Source of the DNA: a virus
Length of the DNA stretch: 64,000 nucleotides
Direction: 5' to 3' (one strand)
IMG/VR virus record: IMGVR_UViG_3300028837_000875
Coordinates: 1-64,000 of that record
In this document: positions 1-8,720 of the stretch, in pieces
How the letters are laid out: each line of letters begins with the position of its first letter
How positions within the stretch are numbered: the first letter of the stretch is position 1
The notes under the pieces: generated by a model
The model's input: only the letters and a program-made list of their open reading frames with translations
Database searches by the model: none
What the model was told of the DNA's origin: nothing
Made by a program: the position numbers and the translations under genes

Positions 1-87
1 AAGTTCCGCAAGGGGAAACGGCATACCGCCTGCGCCCTGCGCTCAAGAAGGTGTTGGGGGAATCGAGATGAGAGATAGAATTGATGA

Positions 88-396
88 ATGGATTGCCATG
101 AAGGGGAAATGGTATTTTCATTTCAGGCGACTTGCCCGCTTGTGGCGACATATCGAGAATACTTTATGGAAGCTACTGACTTCTTTGGCTATGGACGCCA
201 GTTCTTGTGGGATGCAGAATCATTCCGTGGAGTCAGTGTTCATATTGGAATGGAACTTTGCAAGCTTGCAGAAGATTGCCTAAAGAGAGCAAGAAGCGGA
301 GCAAAGATAGCTAAGGACGGAGGAGTTGAATCTGCAATATATCTTCTAAGAAAGATTGAAGAACAAGAGCAGAAACTCAAGGAGATAAGAGGCTAA
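88..396 (+). CDS. hypothetical protein
   Basis: 102-aa ORF, stop overlaps next ATG (TAATG). Confidence 0.55.
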   Translation: MDCHEGEMVFSFQATCPLVATYREYFMEATDFFGYGRQFLWDAESFRGVSVHIGMELCKLAEDCLKRARSGAKIAKDGGVESAIYLLRKIEEQEQKLKEIRG

Positions 397-641
397 TGAG
401 TTCAGCTTGCAACACATGTTCTATAAGCGCAGTACATAAGCAGAAGATTTGCCGTCCATGCGAATGTCATTTGTTTGAAGTAGAAAAGAGATTCTACTGG
501 CATGGCTTAGATGCAACATTCAAGTTTATAGAGAATACAAAAATAAGCAATGAGTTCAAAGTTGGTCTTGAAGAAAAGGAACTCAAGACACTTGAAGAAT
601 TAGATGAATATTTTGGTCACTATGAGGAGGAGGAAGAATAG
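396..641 (+). CDS. hypothetical Cys-rich protein
   Basis: 81 aa, CxxC motifs, coupled to neighbours. Confidence 0.6.
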   Translation: MSSACNTCSISAVHKQKICRPCECHLFEVEKRFYWHGLDATFKFIENTKISNEFKVGLEEKELKTLEELDEYFGHYEEEEE

Positions 642-1018
642 TGGCGCGAGTTATCAAGCGCAAAGGTCATAGCTTAAAAGTCACTGGTGATAAATCAATT
701 GTCATTGAGGGCTGGTGGTCTGGCGAATTAAAAGAGATGCATGAGTTTCCTTCTGATAATGACACAAGAGAAATCAATTGTGATGAAGTTTCACTTTGTG
801 CAGATTGCAGACATGACGCATGTATCAGAAAAGGTCAGTGTGACATCATGCACAACGCGGCTTGGCGGTGGGGCACCAACGGAGCAAGAAGTTTTCTTAA
901 ACTAAAAGGACATGGAGATATAACTCCAAAAATGCTCAAGCGAATAAAACGCAAATGTGCTAAGCCGCTCAAAAAGTGCAGACGAATCAAAATTATTGTT
1001 TCTGAGAATGGGAGGTAG
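641..1018 (+). CDS. hypothetical protein
   Basis: 125 aa, GTG start after GAGGAGG. Confidence 0.65.
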   Translation: MARVIKRKGHSLKVTGDKSIVIEGWWSGELKEMHEFPSDNDTREINCDEVSLCADCRHDACIRKGQCDIMHNAAWRWGTNGARSFLKLKGHGDITPKMLKRIKRKCAKPLKKCRRIKIIVSENGR

Positions 1019-1020
1019 GA

Positions 1021-1254
1021 ATGAGAAACGGTCCGCATGATGTTGTGAAGAATGACTGGGACCATCTTACTCAGCGAGAGATTGATTTGGTCTACAAGTT
1101 AGATGACATGGATAAGACTGTAGATTCTCACGAAGCTGAATTTCTCAATCAAGCAATTACTAAGCTGAAAGAGCAAGGCGAAGATGGAGCTAAGTTTTCT
1201 GCTAAGCAAAGAAACTGGATTCATCAAATGGCAGAAAAATATCTTGGAGGTTAG
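1021..1254 (+). CDS. hypothetical protein
   Basis: 77 aa, GGAGGT RBS. Confidence 0.7.
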   Translation: MRNGPHDVVKNDWDHLTQREIDLVYKLDDMDKTVDSHEAEFLNQAITKLKEQGEDGAKFSAKQRNWIHQMAEKYLGG

Positions 1255-1255
1255 T

Positions 1256-1465
1256 ATGGGATTTATGCAGGAAATATTCAGAGAAGTTTTATCAGGTGCA
1301 GTAGGCAATTTACAGAAGTCTTATCTGCAAAGAGTAAAGCCTGCTGAGAAATTCAGTAAAGATTTTAAGGATGGATTTATCTCTGCTGTTGAAACTCTTA
1401 AGTTAATACAAAACGAAATGATTGAGAAAGCAAAGAAGATTGACGAAGAGGAAAAATATCCGTGA
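1256..1465 (+). CDS. hypothetical protein
   Basis: ATG 1256 after GGAGGT; start trimmed relative to ORF track. Confidence 0.65.
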   Translation: MGFMQEIFREVLSGAVGNLQKSYLQRVKPAEKFSKDFKDGFISAVETLKLIQNEMIEKAKKIDEEEKYP

Positions 1466-1668
1466 TAAAGCAGATAGGTCAAAAGAATGAATCTTCTAAG
1501 GTTCGCTGTGATTGCGGCCATGTGTTTTGGTGTGACCCTTTGAGTGAGGATAACTTAGTTAGAATAAAAAGAGAGCAGCATATTATTCTTGTTCCGTGCT
1601 GTCCTAATTGTACTCACATAGATTATGAATGGGCTAAGGCAACTTATGAGAAAGAGAAGCATCAATGA
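1462..1668 (+). CDS. small Zn-ribbon-like protein
   Basis: CDCG...CPNC motifs; GTGA overlap. Confidence 0.6.
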   Translation: MIKQIGQKNESSKVRCDCGHVFWCDPLSEDNLVRIKREQHIILVPCCPNCTHIDYEWAKATYEKEKHQ

Positions 1669-2057
1669 AAATACATGTAGCTTCATTTTTTGAGCCGCAA
1701 AATCATCGAGGCAGGCCGCTCTCGATTGCAATGTGTCAGCCCAAAAAATTCCAGGACATCAAAATCATAACTTGCCTTTTACCAACCTGGAGCTTAGTCA
1801 GCAGATATAGAACCGGAAAGATAACTAAAGAAGAGTACGAACAAATCTACGAGGATAAAATCCTTAAACATCTGACGCCATATATTCTCATATCTCAGAT
1901 ACTTGATGCTGTAGGCAAAAGAATAAAAGAAGCAACATTGCTTTGCTGGGAAAAAGAAGGCGAGTTCTGTCATAGAACTTTAGTATATAAATGGCTCGAA
2001 AAACAGAAAAAAGAAAGGCCAGGTATTTGGGAAGTTGAACTCGGAGAAATGCACTAA
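1665..2057 (+). CDS. DUF488-like protein
   Basis: LLPTWSLV..Y and TLLCWEKEGEFCHR motifs typical of phage DUF488 proteins. Confidence 0.7.
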   Translation: MKIHVASFFEPQNHRGRPLSIAMCQPKKFQDIKIITCLLPTWSLVSRYRTGKITKEEYEQIYEDKILKHLTPYILISQILDAVGKRIKEATLLCWEKEGEFCHRTLVYKWLEKQKKERPGIWEVELGEMH

Positions 2058-2155
2058 TGTTCAAGTATAAACGAAAGATATTGAGAAAAGGCGAGAAGGC
2101 AAAGCGCAAACCGATAGAAAAAAGTTATAGTGAATTGCTTGTTCTTGCAGCATAA
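2057..2155 (+). CDS. small basic peptide (32 aa)
   Basis: TAATG coupling, GGAGA upstream, fills the gap; below ORF-track cutoff. Confidence 0.4.
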   Translation: MFKYKRKILRKGEKAKRKPIEKSYSELLVLAA

Positions 2156-2168
2156 GGAGAGAGATAAC

Positions 2169-2417
2169 ATGGAGCGAAAAGATTATCATTACGTAATTGT
2201 GTACAATCGTTCTGATGCTACTATGTTTCGGCTTAAGTCACTTGGGGCGCTTGGAGAATTTGTCAGAACAAAAGCGGATAACAAAACTGTTAGCATTGTT
2301 CAACCAAATGATAATGTAGTCGAGCTTGCTTATGCAAGAGCCGAAGCAAGAGGATTGAACTGGGATTTAGGAATAAACTTGACAGCTGAGGAAGGATTGA
2401 GAGCTAATGCAGATTAG
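2169..2417 (+). CDS. hypothetical protein
   Basis: AAGGAGA RBS before ATG 2169. Confidence 0.65.
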   Translation: MERKDYHYVIVYNRSDATMFRLKSLGALGEFVRTKADNKTVSIVQPNDNVVELAYARAEARGLNWDLGINLTAEEGLRANAD

Positions 2418-2928
2418 AACTTGTGACATTTGGGATTTGAAAGAGACGCATGCGATTTGTATACCAACAAACTTGGGATGGAAAAATGATGGCTCAAATG
2501 TCATGGGTAGAGGATTGGCTAAGCAAGCAGCAAGAAGATTCCGTAAGCTTCCAAAATTTATTGGCAATTCTTATCGGCAGATACAAACCAAATTTCATAC
2601 TGGAGTTTCTGAAATCTCAATCAATCAATTAGCTCCTATCATTTCTACAATAATGAATGGAACTGAACTCATAATGATTCCATCAAAGAAGTTAGTTAAG
2701 CCCCCATATCTCTCATGGAAACAGAAGTCAGATGCTCGTTTGATTTCAAGAGCGTTGTGGCATCTTCGAGAGGATATACTTGGCGATAAATTTCATCGCA
2801 TGTTTTTTGCCGTGCCTCTAATTGGTGCTGGCAATGGACAGCTTAGCGATGAATTATCTCAGAGCATTGTTGAGTCTGTTCTTGGTAATGTTCCTGGTGT
2901 TGAACTTATAAAATGGAACGGGGGTTAG
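2407..2928 (+). CDS. macrodomain (ADP-ribose binding/hydrolase) protein
   Basis: CDIW..ICIPTN..NVMGRGLAKQAARRF and PLIGAGNGQL motifs. Confidence 0.8.
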   Translation: MQIRTCDIWDLKETHAICIPTNLGWKNDGSNVMGRGLAKQAARRFRKLPKFIGNSYRQIQTKFHTGVSEISINQLAPIISTIMNGTELIMIPSKKLVKPPYLSWKQKSDARLISRALWHLREDILGDKFHRMFFAVPLIGAGNGQLSDELSQSIVESVLGNVPGVELIKWNGG

Positions 2929-2929
2929 A

Positions 2930-3184
2930 GTGAGAATAAAGTTACTTGAAGCATCAGACAAAATGTTGCTGGCTTTGAAGGTAAAAAACATTCCTGATTT
3001 GAAAGAAAGACTTGAAGAATTTGAACTTGCAATCGTTGAAGAGAAAATACATCTTGCTGAGTCCAAACGAGCTGGCTGTAACTCAGAACTTAATAATTTA
3101 GGTAAACGAAAAGTTGAGTTATGCAATATCATTGATGTTCGGCGAACAGAGCAAGAAAAGATTAGAGGTCGAAGTAAAAAATGA
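2930..3184 (+). CDS. hypothetical coiled-coil protein
   Basis: 84-aa ORF in tight operon. Confidence 0.6.
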   Translation: MRIKLLEASDKMLLALKVKNIPDLKERLEEFELAIVEEKIHLAESKRAGCNSELNNLGKRKVELCNIIDVRRTEQEKIRGRSKK

Positions 3185-3600
3185 CAGAGTTCAAATGCAA
3201 CAAATGTCATGGCACAAGTTTTTCTGTCTTGGCAAATCAAGGAGAAATGATTTGCAGGGGTTGTGGAAAGCATTTTGATATTTTCGTAACTCAACTTAAG
3301 ATGCCAGCTGTGACAAAAAAAGAGATACGAGAAAGGCTGGCTGCACTTGAGCACGAACAATGGATACACTGGACTAAGTACATGATAGAAAACTTGACTA
3401 CTGAAAATATTCTTTTGTGGCGTAAAGAGATTGAAGCTGTATACGAAGAATTATCAGAGAAACAAAAAGATTCTGATAGAGAATGGGCAGATAAAGTATT
3501 ATCTATAATTGCTCAATATGTAATTGAACCTGGAGGTGCTGAATGTCATTTGCCAAAGCGCAAGAGCGAAAGCAAAAGCAGATTCAAGCGGAGACGTTGA
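3181..3600 (+). CDS. Zn-ribbon + RyR-domain-like protein
   Basis: N-terminal CxxC..CxxC; LAALEHEQW...YEELSEKQKDSDR resembles RyR domain signature. Confidence 0.55.
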   Translation: MTEFKCNKCHGTSFSVLANQGEMICRGCGKHFDIFVTQLKMPAVTKKEIRERLAALEHEQWIHWTKYMIENLTTENILLWRKEIEAVYEELSEKQKDSDREWADKVLSIIAQYVIEPGGAECHLPKRKSESKSRFKRRR

Positions 3601-3872
3601 AGAGTCTTAAACAGCAAGTAGCAGATTTGAAAGATGAAATTAAAAAGAACAAAACTCCTCTTCGCTTGAAGGCAGAACAGCTCCAAGCAAGAATATTAGA
3701 ACTTGAGAAAGAGAAGCTACACGTTGAATTAAAATTAGGTTCTGTACAGCGTGAGAATGCTGGACTCAAGAAAGAAGTAGAAAAGCAGTGCATGGGATTT
3801 GCAGATATTGAAAGAAAACGTGAAATGCTTAAGGAGAGTAAGGATGCAAGTGACAAACATTCAAGCATCTAA
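3543..3872 (+). CDS. hypothetical coiled-coil protein
   Basis: GGAGGT RBS before ATG 3543. Confidence 0.6.
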   Translation: MSFAKAQERKQKQIQAETLKSLKQQVADLKDEIKKNKTPLRLKAEQLQARILELEKEKLHVELKLGSVQRENAGLKKEVEKQCMGFADIERKREMLKESKDASDKHSSI

Positions 3873-4551
3873 TCTGAGTGATATTTGGTTCAAGCTACTT
3901 GATAAAGTAGTTGATAGCGGAAGAGTCTACGAAGTTGGAGATGGACCATACGCAGGAAAGAAAAGACTTGAACTTGAGTTTGCCGTACTCAATGTCCACT
4001 GTCCATGGCAAAAGCTTTGGCCTGACTTAGAGCCACCACTTTTTTCTATAGAAGATTTTGAAGAATATATTGATTGGCTTTTATCAGGAATGAAGAAAGA
4101 ATTCAAAAGCTATCGGCCAACAAAGGATTACGAGTTGCTGTTTGAATCTATTCCTGAATTCAGTGTAGTAAAAAATTTAGATATAGATTTTTCTCCAATT
4201 GGTTTGCTTATTGCCAAGTATAAACGCGATGGATTCAAAACAAATCGTGCTTGCATTGAGCTTGCAGACAAGTCGGATATTGCCAGGGCATTTCCTATTT
4301 GCATTAGATTGATTGATACAAAGGTATTGTATAACAGACTCCATTTCTTTGTATACTTTCGCTCTTGGGATTTGTGGAATGAATTCTCTTTTGATTTAGC
4401 GGTCCTTGAGCGTATTAAGCTTTACGTAGCTGAGCGTATAGGTGTTGAAAGCGGAGAACTTGTGGCTTGTTCGAAGGGCATCCACTTATACGAAAAGAGT
4501 TGGAAGAAAGCCGAAGAGATAGTTGGACGAGAGATTCAATTCAAACTCTGA
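3844..4551 (+). CDS. thymidylate synthase-family paralog (possible dCMP methylase/hydroxymethylase)
   Basis: PICIRLIDT, LHFFVYFRSWDLW and KGIHLY motifs; colinear with 5281..5991; Asp at the specificity position. Confidence 0.75.
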   Translation: MQVTNIQASNLSDIWFKLLDKVVDSGRVYEVGDGPYAGKKRLELEFAVLNVHCPWQKLWPDLEPPLFSIEDFEEYIDWLLSGMKKEFKSYRPTKDYELLFESIPEFSVVKNLDIDFSPIGLLIAKYKRDGFKTNRACIELADKSDIARAFPICIRLIDTKVLYNRLHFFVYFRSWDLWNEFSFDLAVLERIKLYVAERIGVESGELVACSKGIHLYEKSWKKAEEIVGREIQFKL

Positions 4552-4588
4552 TAGATGGTATGCAAAGCAAGTTCAGGAGGAATTAGAA

Positions 4589-5284
4589 TTGAAATTATAT
4601 CATGGGACAAGTGCCAAGCGAGTTTGGCAAATTACAAAAAAGGGTATACGTCCAAGAAGTCTAACTGGTAAATCTAACTGGAATGAAGTTCCAGAATTCA
4701 AATCAAGAAACGATATGGTATATTTGACTTCTTGCTATCCGCTTTATTTTGCTGTGTGCTGTACAGAAGGAAATAGAATAGGTATAGTTGAAATAGATAC
4801 AGACAAACTTGATGTCAATAAGCTGTTTCCTGACGAAGATGTTATTGCTCAAATTCTTTCGGAGCAAACGGGTGTTTCGTTAAAAGAAACACACTCAAAA
4901 GTTAAAGCAAAACTCTTGTATATGCACGACCAGTGGGAAACTTCGCTGCAAGCCATGGGCACTTGTTGTTATCACGGACTCATTCTTCCTGAAGCATTGA
5001 CGCGCTATGCGTTGATTGACTTGAAAGGCAGAGGACAATTGATGCTCAGCATGTTAGACCCTGCCATTGCTATTCGCAATTATCAAATTAAAGGAGAGTA
5101 TTATAAAGCTTTTGTTGCTTGGGTTTTTGGAGATAGAGAAATTCTGCCTCAGTATGAAGAAACGAAAATGTTTATTGATGCAGGTATTCCAGGATTGGAA
5201 AGGCAATTCAAGTTCTGGGAAGAACAGCAGTCAAATCGTAATGGAATTGTTGTCGTTGAACTCTCGAAAGGAAAGAAGAAATGA
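4589..5284 (+). CDS. ADP-ribosyltransferase-fold (PARP/Tpt1-like) protein
   Basis: LYHGTS...I...GI.P and VYLT....YFA motifs; TTG start after CAGGAGG. Confidence 0.6.
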   Translation: MKLYHGTSAKRVWQITKKGIRPRSLTGKSNWNEVPEFKSRNDMVYLTSCYPLYFAVCCTEGNRIGIVEIDTDKLDVNKLFPDEDVIAQILSEQTGVSLKETHSKVKAKLLYMHDQWETSLQAMGTCCYHGLILPEALTRYALIDLKGRGQLMLSMLDPAIAIRNYQIKGEYYKAFVAWVFGDREILPQYEETKMFIDAGIPGLERQFKFWEEQQSNRNGIVVVELSKGKKK

Positions 5285-5991
5285 AAGTTGTTTCAATCAA
5301 TGCATTCGATTTAGATGACCTTTGGTTTAAGCTGCTTTGCGCTGTCATTGATTTTGGCCACATCTATACAATCACAAGAGGTTCATATGAAGGCCAGAAG
5401 CGACTTGAGTTTGATATGGTATACTTGCAAGTTGAAAAGCCAAGTAGTCAGATTATTCCTATTATTCCAGAAGGTATGAACATTCCGCCGCCGACTGATA
5501 TGGCATACGTAGAAAGATATATGAGTTATATTTTAAGTGGAAAGGAAGTAGAAGGTGAAGATTATACTTATGGAGAACGTTTGACAGAAGCGACTGAAGG
5601 TTCGGATGAAACGTTGAATCAAATACTTGAAGTAATTAGAATGTATAAAGAAGATGGTTTTGGTACAAATCAGGCGTGCATGGAAGTTGCTATGCCTTGG
5701 GATTTAATGATGGAATCTCCTCCTTGTTTGCGCTTGATTGATACTCGAATCAGATATGGCAAACTTCACTTCTTTGTATATTTTCGTTCTTGGGATTTGT
5801 GGGGAGGCCTGCCACCCAATCTTGCTGGCATTCAAAAGCTCAAGGAATTTATGGCCGAAGAAATTGGAGTAGAGGATGGCCAACTCTTTGCAGCATCAAA
5901 AGGATTGCATCTCTATGATTATAATTGGCCTCATGCTGAGCTAAGAACTGGAAAGAAGATTTCACTTGAAGGTAGGACAGAGGTTTCGTGA
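5281..5991 (+). CDS. thyA: thymidylate synthase (ThyA family)
   Basis: YTYGERL, PPCLR (catalytic Cys), FRSWDLWGGLPPN, GLHLY. Confidence 0.85.
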   Translation: MKVVSINAFDLDDLWFKLLCAVIDFGHIYTITRGSYEGQKRLEFDMVYLQVEKPSSQIIPIIPEGMNIPPPTDMAYVERYMSYILSGKEVEGEDYTYGERLTEATEGSDETLNQILEVIRMYKEDGFGTNQACMEVAMPWDLMMESPPCLRLIDTRIRYGKLHFFVYFRSWDLWGGLPPNLAGIQKLKEFMAEEIGVEDGQLFAASKGLHLYDYNWPHAELRTGKKISLEGRTEVS

Positions 5992-6548
5992 TAGAAGCAA
6001 TCAAAACAAAAGAGCAAAGCGTAGAGCTTTTCAGAGCAGGCTACTTTGGCAATCGTGTGCGACAATGGAATACTCTCGAAGAGTTGGATGCGGACCCCTT
6101 TGATGGCTTAGTTGTATTACGGCAAAGAAGCCGCCCTGCTGGCGGTAGAGGCATAACTATCTATGATATTGAGAAGAAACACGCATCAAAGGTCCTAAGC
6201 TCTCAGGCGTGTATAGGACAGCCTATCAGTTCTTTCTATTTCAATGAAGCAATCATTCCATCTGACGTTTTATTTCAAGGCGAGATTTGCAGAACAATCA
6301 AAGGTTTGTACTTGCTTTATTCTACACTTCCAATGCACATGCACGATGCTTTGCTGAAAGAGCCAAAGCACGCCTTTGGATTGAAAGCCAGGTTGTTGAT
6401 GGAGTACTTCCTCGATTCTTCTGGCTTGATTTGTATTTATGAATTTCTTGAGCGATTTGATGACCATGTAGTGGAGTTTACTTGTTGCTCAAAATCGTTT
6501 GGTGATTTGGGCTGGAGAACTATCATTTGGGAATGTAGAGGATTTTGA
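5988..6548 (+). CDS. hypothetical phage protein
   Basis: 186 aa; C-terminal VVEF...IIWECR. Confidence 0.65.
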   Translation: MIEAIKTKEQSVELFRAGYFGNRVRQWNTLEELDADPFDGLVVLRQRSRPAGGRGITIYDIEKKHASKVLSSQACIGQPISSFYFNEAIIPSDVLFQGEICRTIKGLYLLYSTLPMHMHDALLKEPKHAFGLKARLLMEYFLDSSGLICIYEFLERFDDHVVEFTCCSKSFGDLGWRTIIWECRGF

Positions 6549-6549
6549 A

Positions 6550-6783
6550 ATGTTAAAAATCAAAACGCTGAAAAAGAAATTGAAGCCAAAGACGCTCAAG
6601 ATAAAAGAGCTAAAGAAGAAAGAATTGAAAGTCAAGCAGATTGCTGGCACTAAAATATATGCTGGTAAGGGACTCAAAATAATATCTTGCTCAGATTGTG
6701 GCAAAAACATGGAAGTAGGAAGAGAAGCAAAAGCTGGACGTTGCAAAACATGTACTCAGAAAATGCTTTCAGGAGAAGGCTAA
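6550..6783 (+). CDS. Lys-rich Zn-finger protein
   Basis: K-rich N-terminus, CSDC...CKTC. Confidence 0.6.
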   Translation: MLKIKTLKKKLKPKTLKIKELKKKELKVKQIAGTKIYAGKGLKIISCSDCGKNMEVGREAKAGRCKTCTQKMLSGEG

Positions 6784-7007
6784 TGAATGAAAAACTGGAG
6801 TTGCAGATAGCAAAAGGTAAGAGAGTCCTCAAAGATATGAAGGACTCTCTTGAGTTTCTTAAACATCCAGCTCAACTATTAGATGTAGTAGAAGAGCTTG
6901 ACGTTGTGAGAGCTTTTCTAACTTCAACTATTTCTGGTATGGAATTCTGGGTTCAAATGAAAATAGATGAATGGGAGGCTAAGACAGATGAAAAGTGGAG
7001 TGAATGA
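6783..7007 (+). CDS. hypothetical protein
   Basis: TAATG coupling, AGGAGA RBS. Confidence 0.6.
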   Translation: MNEKLELQIAKGKRVLKDMKDSLEFLKHPAQLLDVVEELDVVRAFLTSTISGMEFWVQMKIDEWEAKTDEKWSE

Positions 7008-7518
7008 TATAACGTCAGAAAACTATGTTGAGAATGTTGTTAGAAGTGAGTCAGTTGATTTCCCGAAAATCAGAGAAAGACTGAAAGAGAAAAGACTTAT
7101 TCGATTGCTTCATTGTGCCATGGGACTCTGCACAGAAGCTGGTGAGTTCATGGACCATTTGAAGAAACATATTTTTTATGGAGCAGAATTAGACCCAGTA
7201 AACATGATAGAAGAACTGGGCGACAATCAATGGTATGTTGGTGTTGGCGTTGATGAACTTGAAGCTAAGTTCAATGAAATGTTGCAAAAGAATATTGATA
7301 AGCTTCGAGCAAGGTATCCTGAAAAGTTCGAGCCAGAGCAAGCAATCAATCGTGACTTAAAAAAAGAAAGAAGCATTCTTGAAAAGAGCAAATCAAAGAA
7401 AGGAATTCCATGTCCAGCTTGCGGCTCTCTGATAGCTGAGGATGCTGCTCAATGTTGGAAGTGCAAGATTGAATTTACGGAGGATAATAAAGATGAATCA
7501 GGTAGAGACAAAAACTAA
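6988..7518 (+). CDS. MazG-like nucleotide pyrophosphohydrolase with C-terminal Zn ribbon
   Basis: GLCTEAGEFMDHLKK...EELGD..WY and NIDKLRARYP motifs; CPAC..CWKC. Confidence 0.85.
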   Translation: MKSGVNDITSENYVENVVRSESVDFPKIRERLKEKRLIRLLHCAMGLCTEAGEFMDHLKKHIFYGAELDPVNMIEELGDNQWYVGVGVDELEAKFNEMLQKNIDKLRARYPEKFEPEQAINRDLKKERSILEKSKSKKGIPCPACGSLIAEDAAQCWKCKIEFTEDNKDESGRDKN

Positions 7519-7843
7519 GTTTACGGATAAACTCAAGAAAGTATTCAAACGGTTATATGGAAAGCCTATGGATATTTATGAGGAATGTCTGCTTGATGCT
7601 CTGCCTGATGAATTGACTGAATTCATTTCTCACTCGGCTGATGCTGCCGATAAGATTTGTGACTTGCTTGATTTATTCAGGCAGCGAATGGCTCCGGATA
7701 TTACTCAAAGTGAAGTAGCAGACTTGTCAGACTGGTTGCAAACCCAAGGAACAAAATATTCTGCTCGACTTATGTTATTGATTCGTGGTGTAAATATCAT
7801 TATGGCCGCAATTGCAGATTTAAGATTAAAACTATTGCCTTAG
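7493..7843 (+). CDS. hypothetical protein
   Basis: GGAGG RBS before ATG 7493. Confidence 0.6.
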   Translation: MNQVETKTKFTDKLKKVFKRLYGKPMDIYEECLLDALPDELTEFISHSADAADKICDLLDLFRQRMAPDITQSEVADLSDWLQTQGTKYSARLMLLIRGVNIIMAAIADLRLKLLP

Positions 7844-7913
7844 TCCAAACAATTCTTTTTATCTATTCCTTAAAGAGAAAAGTCTATCAAGACGCTCTTT
7901 AAGAAAATGAACA

Positions 7914-7941
7914 TTGAACTCTATTGAATCGAGCGTATAAT
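7914..7941 (+). promoter_or_regulatory. sigma70-like promoter
   Basis: TTGAAC-N16-TATAAT in intergenic gap upstream of packaging operon. Confidence 0.5.
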
Positions 7942-7959
7942 TCTGCATTGCTTTGAAAC

Positions 7960-8029
7960 AGGAGGACTCATGCGGACTGACTCCGAAAACCATCTCTCGA
8001 ATCGAGGTCTACACGCAATCAGTCCTCCT
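7960..8029 (+). ncRNA. putative structured leader RNA
   Basis: AGGAGGACT (7960-7968) / AGTCCTCCT (8021-8029) closing stem enclosing small internal hairpins. Confidence 0.35.
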
Positions 8030-8068
8030 AAAAAAGAATCCGCTTTTTTGCGGGAAAGGAGAACAGTA

Positions 8069-8386
8069 GTGAAGTCGATGTTGAAGATGGTAGCGATTCT
8101 ACTTTTTGTTATTTTAGCAATCAGCACGTCTGGTTGCTTTTTGACAATCACTCAGAATTTGAAGGACGGCTCCACGCTTCTCGTCTCTTCGTATGATTCG
8201 TTAACTGAGGATTATGACAAGCTAAAATCCACAGTAGACATTTACGTTGCTGAGCCAACGGAAGATAATCTGAAGAAATACAAAGACACAGAGAAAATTT
8301 TTCGTGAAGGTTTCGATGCTGTTGGCATAGCAATAAAAGCAGAGGATGAAGTTATTCAATCGCTTAAATCTAAGAAGGAGAAATAG
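8069..8386 (+). CDS. predicted lipoprotein
   Basis: GTG 8069 after AAAGGAGA; basic N-terminus, hydrophobic stretch, lipobox-like TSG-C. Confidence 0.7.
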   Translation: MKSMLKMVAILLFVILAISTSGCFLTITQNLKDGSTLLVSSYDSLTEDYDKLKSTVDIYVAEPTEDNLKKYKDTEKIFREGFDAVGIAIKAEDEVIQSLKSKKEK

Positions 8387-8388
8387 CC

Positions 8389-8712
8389 ATGGGGCTTGAC
8401 ACACTAAAAGAAGATTTAGCTGACATGGTTAAAAAAGCAGTAGATGAAATTCAGGCAGAGGCTGGAGCAGATTTTGAACTTATCCAGACTGAGACAAAAG
8501 CAACATTGACTCAAATTGCTCAGGAGATTGCAAGCGGCAAATCCATCCAGGAAGTAATCGAGCACTATGATACAAAGACAAAAGCTCTTGCGGCCGCTGC
8601 ATTATTCAAGCTTGCAAAAAATCAGCAGTCGGCGTTGACTCATCTTGAGTCAGTATTGAAAGGAATTACTGGTATTATTTTAAGGACGGTGCTTTTGAAG
8701 CTCACCGGATAG
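8389..8712 (+). CDS. hypothetical helical protein
   Basis: AAGGAGA RBS; 107 aa. Confidence 0.7.
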   Translation: MGLDTLKEDLADMVKKAVDEIQAEAGADFELIQTETKATLTQIAQEIASGKSIQEVIEHYDTKTKALAAAALFKLAKNQQSALTHLESVLKGITGIILRTVLLKLTG

Positions 8713-8720
8713 GTGGGCCC

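Noticed and set aside
7970-8012. Possible hammerhead ribozyme (CTGA...GAAA...GTC)
   Set aside because: Core reads CUGACUC rather than CUGANGA and the required stems are not evident.
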